Notes under the pieces: model-generated
Seen by the model: the letters and a program-made list of their open reading frames with translations, nothing else
Told to the model about the DNA's origin: nothing
Databases searched by the model: none
NCBI GenBank assembly: GCA_050015395.1
Contig: JBEKBM010000004.1
Span: forward strand, 32,001-96,000
Source of the DNA: Candidatus Bathyarchaeia archaeon
GTDB lineage: Archaea; Thermoproteota; Bathyarchaeia; Bathyarchaeales; Bathycorpusculaceae
Direction: 5' to 3'
DNA: 64,000 bases
Translations under genes and position numbers: made by a program
In this document: one piece after another, positions 59,858 to 64,000 of the stretch
How positions within the stretch are numbered: the first letter of the stretch is position 1
Layout of the letters: the number at the start of each line of letters is the position of its first letter

Positions 59858-61597
59858 ATGAATCCTGAATACAGACCAACAATGCCAAAGCAAAGCCTCA
59901 AACAAAAACTCAAAGAATCCATCACCAAGCTACGACCCACTCGAAATGCAAACAAAACACCCAGCCAAACATCAACAGAAAGCAAACCAAGCAGTAATAA
60001 AAGATTCAATCTTCCAAAAATCAATCTAGGTTCCAAAAAGAAAACGCCAGAGCCAGAAATTCCCTCAGTAGCCAAATCCTTACCAAAAGGGATCAAAATA
60101 GCCGACAAATACCCCTTGTACGAGCCGTTCTCCCAGGTTGTAATAGTTCAAGACCCCAAAACAGGCGAATACAAGTATGTTCTTGATGAGCTACAGCTTG
60201 ATCCACTGGAACGAGGCATATACAATCGCATCCTAGACATGCTGCTCGCCGAAATTGAGTCACCAAAAGACCAAATAAAGGACCCAAGAAAATTCTTCGC
60301 TCAAGAAGCCAAAAAAATAGTGGATAAATACCGCATTAGCCTCGGCTGGTTACCCGATGTTTCATGGTACAAAATCATCTACCACGCAGAACGTGATCTC
60401 GTCGGCTACGGCAAAATCGATTCATTAATGCGCGACCCAAACATAGAAGACATTTCATGCGACGGAGTAAACAGGCCACTTTACATTTGGCACCGAACCT
60501 TCGAAAGCATAGAAACCAACGTTCAATTTGAAAGCGATGAAGTCCTCGACAACATGGTAGGCAAACTTGTTCACATGGCTGGAAAACACGTCAGCTCCGC
60601 CTTCCCAATAGTTGACGCTTCTCTTCCCGGTAAACATAGATTAGCTGTGCTTTACAGGCGAGAAATCACACCTTTCGGAACAGCTTTTACGATCCGAAAG
60701 TTCCGAGATGACCCCTACTCAATAATAGATTTAATCAATATAGGCACATTCACTGAAGAACTGGCAGCCTACCTATGGATTTGCCTAGAAAACCGCGCCT
60801 CCATCATGATTCTCGGTGGAACAGCAGCAGGCAAAACCACCGCATTAAACGCCTTAGCCTGCCTAATCAAACCGGGAAGCAAAATCGTCACAATAGAAGA
60901 AACCGCCGAGTTAAACTTGTCCGCTGAAAACTGGGTTTCACTCATTTCACGTCAAAGCTATGGTTTAGGCGGAAGCAGCGTCGGTGAAGTACCCCTCTTT
61001 GATCTTGTTAAAGCTTCTATGCGTCACCGCCCTGACATGTTAATCGTAGGCGAGGTGAGAGGTCAAGAAGCGTACGTTCTCTTCCAAGCCTTAGCCACAG
61101 GTCACGGCGGCATGTGCACCATGCACGCTGAAGACTTGGATTCAGCAGTAAAACGGTTAACCCAGAAACCCATGGAAATTTCTCCAGCATATATTCCATT
61201 AATGAACGTAGTCATATCCGTGCAGCGAGTGCACCTAGTCAAGAACGGAGTAAAAAAAGCTTACAGGCGCATACTTTCCACTAACGAAATTGTCAACTTT
61301 GAAAATTATCTAAATATCTTCCGATGGGATCCAAACGCCGACCTACAAATAGCTTCTCCGGAAAATAGCGTATTGTTATCATCTGTTTCCAAACGGTTGG
61401 GAGTGACAACACAAGATTTACTCGAAGAAATGAAAAGACGCAGTAATGTTCTGCACTGGATGCGGCAACAAAAAATCAGAAGCTACAAAGAAGTAGCATC
61501 AATAATTGCAGAATACTACGCAAGACCAAAAGAATTCTACCAAAAAATCCGCGCAAACGAGGAGGTAAAAATAGTTGCCGCTTCTAGAGAAATTTGA
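59858..61597 (+). CDS. Type IV pilus/type II secretion ATPase (FlaI/TadA family)
   Basis: IEDISCDG, TIRKF, GGTAAGKTT, IEET.E, RHRPD..IVGEVRG, TGH...TMHA. Confidence 0.93.
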   Translation: MNPEYRPTMPKQSLKQKLKESITKLRPTRNANKTPSQTSTESKPSSNKRFNLPKINLGSKKKTPEPEIPSVAKSLPKGIKIADKYPLYEPFSQVVIVQDPKTGEYKYVLDELQLDPLERGIYNRILDMLLAEIESPKDQIKDPRKFFAQEAKKIVDKYRISLGWLPDVSWYKIIYHAERDLVGYGKIDSLMRDPNIEDISCDGVNRPLYIWHRTFESIETNVQFESDEVLDNMVGKLVHMAGKHVSSAFPIVDASLPGKHRLAVLYRREITPFGTAFTIRKFRDDPYSIIDLINIGTFTEELAAYLWICLENRASIMILGGTAAGKTTALNALACLIKPGSKIVTIEETAELNLSAENWVSLISRQSYGLGGSSVGEVPLFDLVKASMRHRPDMLIVGEVRGQEAYVLFQALATGHGGMCTMHAEDLDSAVKRLTQKPMEISPAYIPLMNVVISVQRVHLVKNGVKKAYRRILSTNEIVNFENYLNIFRWDPNADLQIASPENSVLLSSVSKRLGVTTQDLLEEMKRRSNVLHWMRQQKIRSYKEVASIIAEYYARPKEFYQKIRANEEVKIVAASREI

Positions 61598-63302
61598 AGC
61601 CCTGTCCTATCGCATCTTCGGGCGTATTACACCGTATTTTTTGAACAATGTTTTCCACATTAAAGGTTCCTTAGAAAAGGGACGGGTAAAAATTTACCCT
61701 GAAACTTACATTTCAATGATGTTCTTCACCGCCATGCTGACTCTTCCCGTGTCAGTGCTGGCTATAGTGATTGTTTTGCTCACTCGATTTATACCTCTGC
61801 TCATTTTGGTACCGCTTCCGCTTTTTGTAGTCGCTGGATTCTTAGTTGTTCCCAGCTCTAACGCCAGCGACCGAGCAACAAACTTGGAGCGTGAAATACC
61901 TTTTGCGGCAGCATACATTAGCGTCATGGCAGCCGGCGGCATTGCACCGTACACTAGCTTCAAGCGGCTATCAGAAGTAGACCTTATGCCCGCAATGCGT
62001 AGTGAAGCAAGAGATATTATGAAAGACGTTGAAGTATTTGGTGTTGACCCACTATCAGCCCTTGAAGGGGCTGCAAAAAAAGTGCCGCTAGACGTATTCA
62101 AAGATTTTCTGAGCGGTTACGCTTCAACTGTTATAATCGGCGGCGACATCGGACATTTCCTTGAGCGAAAAGCCGAAGACATATTCAAAATTCGTGCGCT
62201 CCGCGTTAAAGCCGCTGCTGAACGCCTTGGAATGCTACTTGAAACCTTCATCATCGTTATGGTCATGATGTCGCTTTGTTTTTACATACTCTTCGCTGTA
62301 CAGCAAATTCAAACGGGGACCAGCACAGGCACCAACTTATCCACGTACTCGGGCATACTAATGTACACTTACCTTTTCTCGCCACTGCTCGCAGTCGTAT
62401 TCGTCTATCTAGCTCATAGCATGCAGCCGAAAACGCCGATAGTGGAAATGCGTCCCTACAAAGTGTTCGGGATATGCAGTGTAATAGGCATAATCGTATT
62501 CTTACTGCTCACAAACTTCATGGGAACAATCCAGCTTCCCCTCTTCAGCACCTTGCAAGCTTGGGGCCTTGATTTGCCCATAGCCCTAACTGTTGCCTTG
62601 TTTATTACTGTTGCGCCAGCAGCCGTAGTGGACATGAGATTGGCCAAGACTAAGAACAGCATGGAAGAGGGAATCACAAGTTTTCTCAGAGACCTCACGG
62701 AAGTGCGAAAAACAGGTTTGTCGCCAGAAAAATGCATCGAAAACCTGTCCACACGAGACTATGGCTCTTTTAGCAAAGAACTTCGTAAAATCAGCTCCGA
62801 TATTTCTTGGGGTATCCCACTCAAGAAGGTCATGATGGATTTTCTTCATCGCACGCGCAGTTGGATGGTGCAAATAGTCATGTTTCTCCTAGTTGAAACC
62901 ATAGATGTTGGCGGAGGCACCATCGCAATGATTGAATCCTTGGCCCGCTTTAACAGTTTAACGGCGGAAGTGGACAAAGAAAAGAAAATGTCCGTTCGTC
63001 CCTACGTAATGATGCCCTACTTGGCATCAATCTTGCTTGTAGCAACAACTGTCATGATGATGAGTTTTACCACAGGCTTCGGCGTAACAACCACAAGCGT
63101 CTCAACCGCAGCATCTGCAGCAAGCAAAGGCCTGATGCAAACGATATTCATGACCGCAGTTATCTTCAACAGTTATATCATTGGAATTGTGGCGGGAAAA
63201 ATAAGTGAGGAATCAATCTCTGCCGGATTCAAACATTCAGCCATCCTTGTTATAATCGCCCTGTTAGCTGCTAAACTCATACCTATGTTCGTTAAAATTT
63301 GA
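61575..63302 (+). CDS. Type IV pilus membrane platform protein (FlaJ/TadC, duplicated T2SSF domains)
   Basis: Two T2SSF-like repeats with TM bundles; follows the ATPase. Confidence 0.9.
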   Translation: MPLLEKFEALSYRIFGRITPYFLNNVFHIKGSLEKGRVKIYPETYISMMFFTAMLTLPVSVLAIVIVLLTRFIPLLILVPLPLFVVAGFLVVPSSNASDRATNLEREIPFAAAYISVMAAGGIAPYTSFKRLSEVDLMPAMRSEARDIMKDVEVFGVDPLSALEGAAKKVPLDVFKDFLSGYASTVIIGGDIGHFLERKAEDIFKIRALRVKAAAERLGMLLETFIIVMVMMSLCFYILFAVQQIQTGTSTGTNLSTYSGILMYTYLFSPLLAVVFVYLAHSMQPKTPIVEMRPYKVFGICSVIGIIVFLLLTNFMGTIQLPLFSTLQAWGLDLPIALTVALFITVAPAAVVDMRLAKTKNSMEEGITSFLRDLTEVRKTGLSPEKCIENLSTRDYGSFSKELRKISSDISWGIPLKKVMMDFLHRTRSWMVQIVMFLLVETIDVGGGTIAMIESLARFNSLTAEVDKEKKMSVRPYVMMPYLASILLVATTVMMMSFTTGFGVTTTSVSTAASAASKGLMQTIFMTAVIFNSYIIGIVAGKISEESISAGFKHSAILVIIALLAAKLIPMFVKI

Positions 63303-63353
63303 TAGGAGCAAAAGAAAACGAGATCCGTCTACAACCAGCACAAGAGAAAAACT

Positions 63354-64000
63354 TTGCACAGTGATAACCGAGCAATTAGCCCAGCCATTGCTACAGTTAT
63401 CATGACCAGCGCCATCATCGTCATGGTTCTAGTAGCGATGTCATATGCACAAACTTATCTAAGCTCAAGCATGGCTCAAAACGACTTCAGCACCAACAAG
63501 CAGTTCATGCAGACGACGGGGCTCCAAATCGACGATGTCGCATGGATGATGGGTAGAACTCAAACCATAACTTACTCAAGCACATATGGAAGTTTAGAAT
63601 TCGTGAATACTACCAGTGCGACTCAACCGCTGAGCTATTCCATGGAAATCAAACAAGGCTCTGGCTGGGAACCAGTTGTCCCCTCTCTGGAAACAGGCAT
63701 AATTCTGTTCAACATGCCTACAACCGAATATACGTTAGGCAATAATTATCTGGACCAACTTTCTTCGACCGGTTCATTTTTGCAGGAAGGTCCCTCTGCG
63801 CCTGTGAGTGATGTTTATGCCATTGAGAAATTGCCTATGACGGATGGAAACTTTCTTCGCGTAGCGGTTGTTCCCTCAATTAGAATGCTGAGCACTACCG
63901 TAGGCTCCCAGAACTATGAGGAATTTTACCTGCCATTACTCCAAAACGGTACGAACTTGGGGCTTTCTCAATCAGTCACTTTGACCGGCCAATCTGTCCA
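63354..64000 (+). CDS. Pilin-like protein with class III signal peptide; runs off the right edge; start uncertain
   Basis: Manual translation ...HSDNRA|ISPAIATVIMTSAIIVMVLVAMSYA; follows the TadC-like gene. Confidence 0.75.
   Translation, partial: MHSDNRAISPAIATVIMTSAIIVMVLVAMSYAQTYLSSSMAQNDFSTNKQFMQTTGLQIDDVAWMMGRTQTITYSSTYGSLEFVNTTSATQPLSYSMEIKQGSGWEPVVPSLETGIILFNMPTTEYTLGNNYLDQLSSTGSFLQEGPSAPVSDVYAIEKLPMTDGNFLRVAVVPSIRMLSTTVGSQNYEEFYLPLLQNGTNLGLSQSVTLTGQSV

Overview
Archaeal chromosomal segment, most consistent with a TACK lineage such as Bathyarchaeia (inferred from a stand-alone EF-2 paralog, a non-catalytic tRNA-splicing endonuclease subunit, a tRNA with a non-canonical BHB intron, class II HMG-CoA reductase and many TTG/GTG starts). 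Core genes include SmsCB/SufCB, two glutamine synthetases, hisS, mtnA, cca-thpR, an NOP2/NIP7 pair, a P-type ATPase, hmgA, an ACD beta subunit and a type IV pilus-like operon. They are interleaved with small accessory patches: two VapBC modules, an orphan AbrB, a low-GC Zn-ribbon/PD-(D/E)xK plus membrane-protein pair, a HEPN-like gene, an IS remnant and several gene stubs. A complete type I-B-like CRISPR-Cas locus (cas8-7-5-3-6-1-2-4) precedes a 35-repeat array. The least explained signals are: (i) a ~150-bp non-coding element with iterated TTCAACA(T) motifs, present twice in inverted orientation, with one copy directly upstream of the cas operon; (ii) the candidate two-gene defence module; (iii) an EF-2 paralog with an altered switch I; (iv) a probable hidden internal Cas11; (v) tRNA-Asp with an intron at 48/49; (vi) a NOT4-like mini RING protein; (vii) a recurring pattern of decayed 5' gene stub plus promoter beside an intact family member. 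All calls are by eye; no database searches were run.
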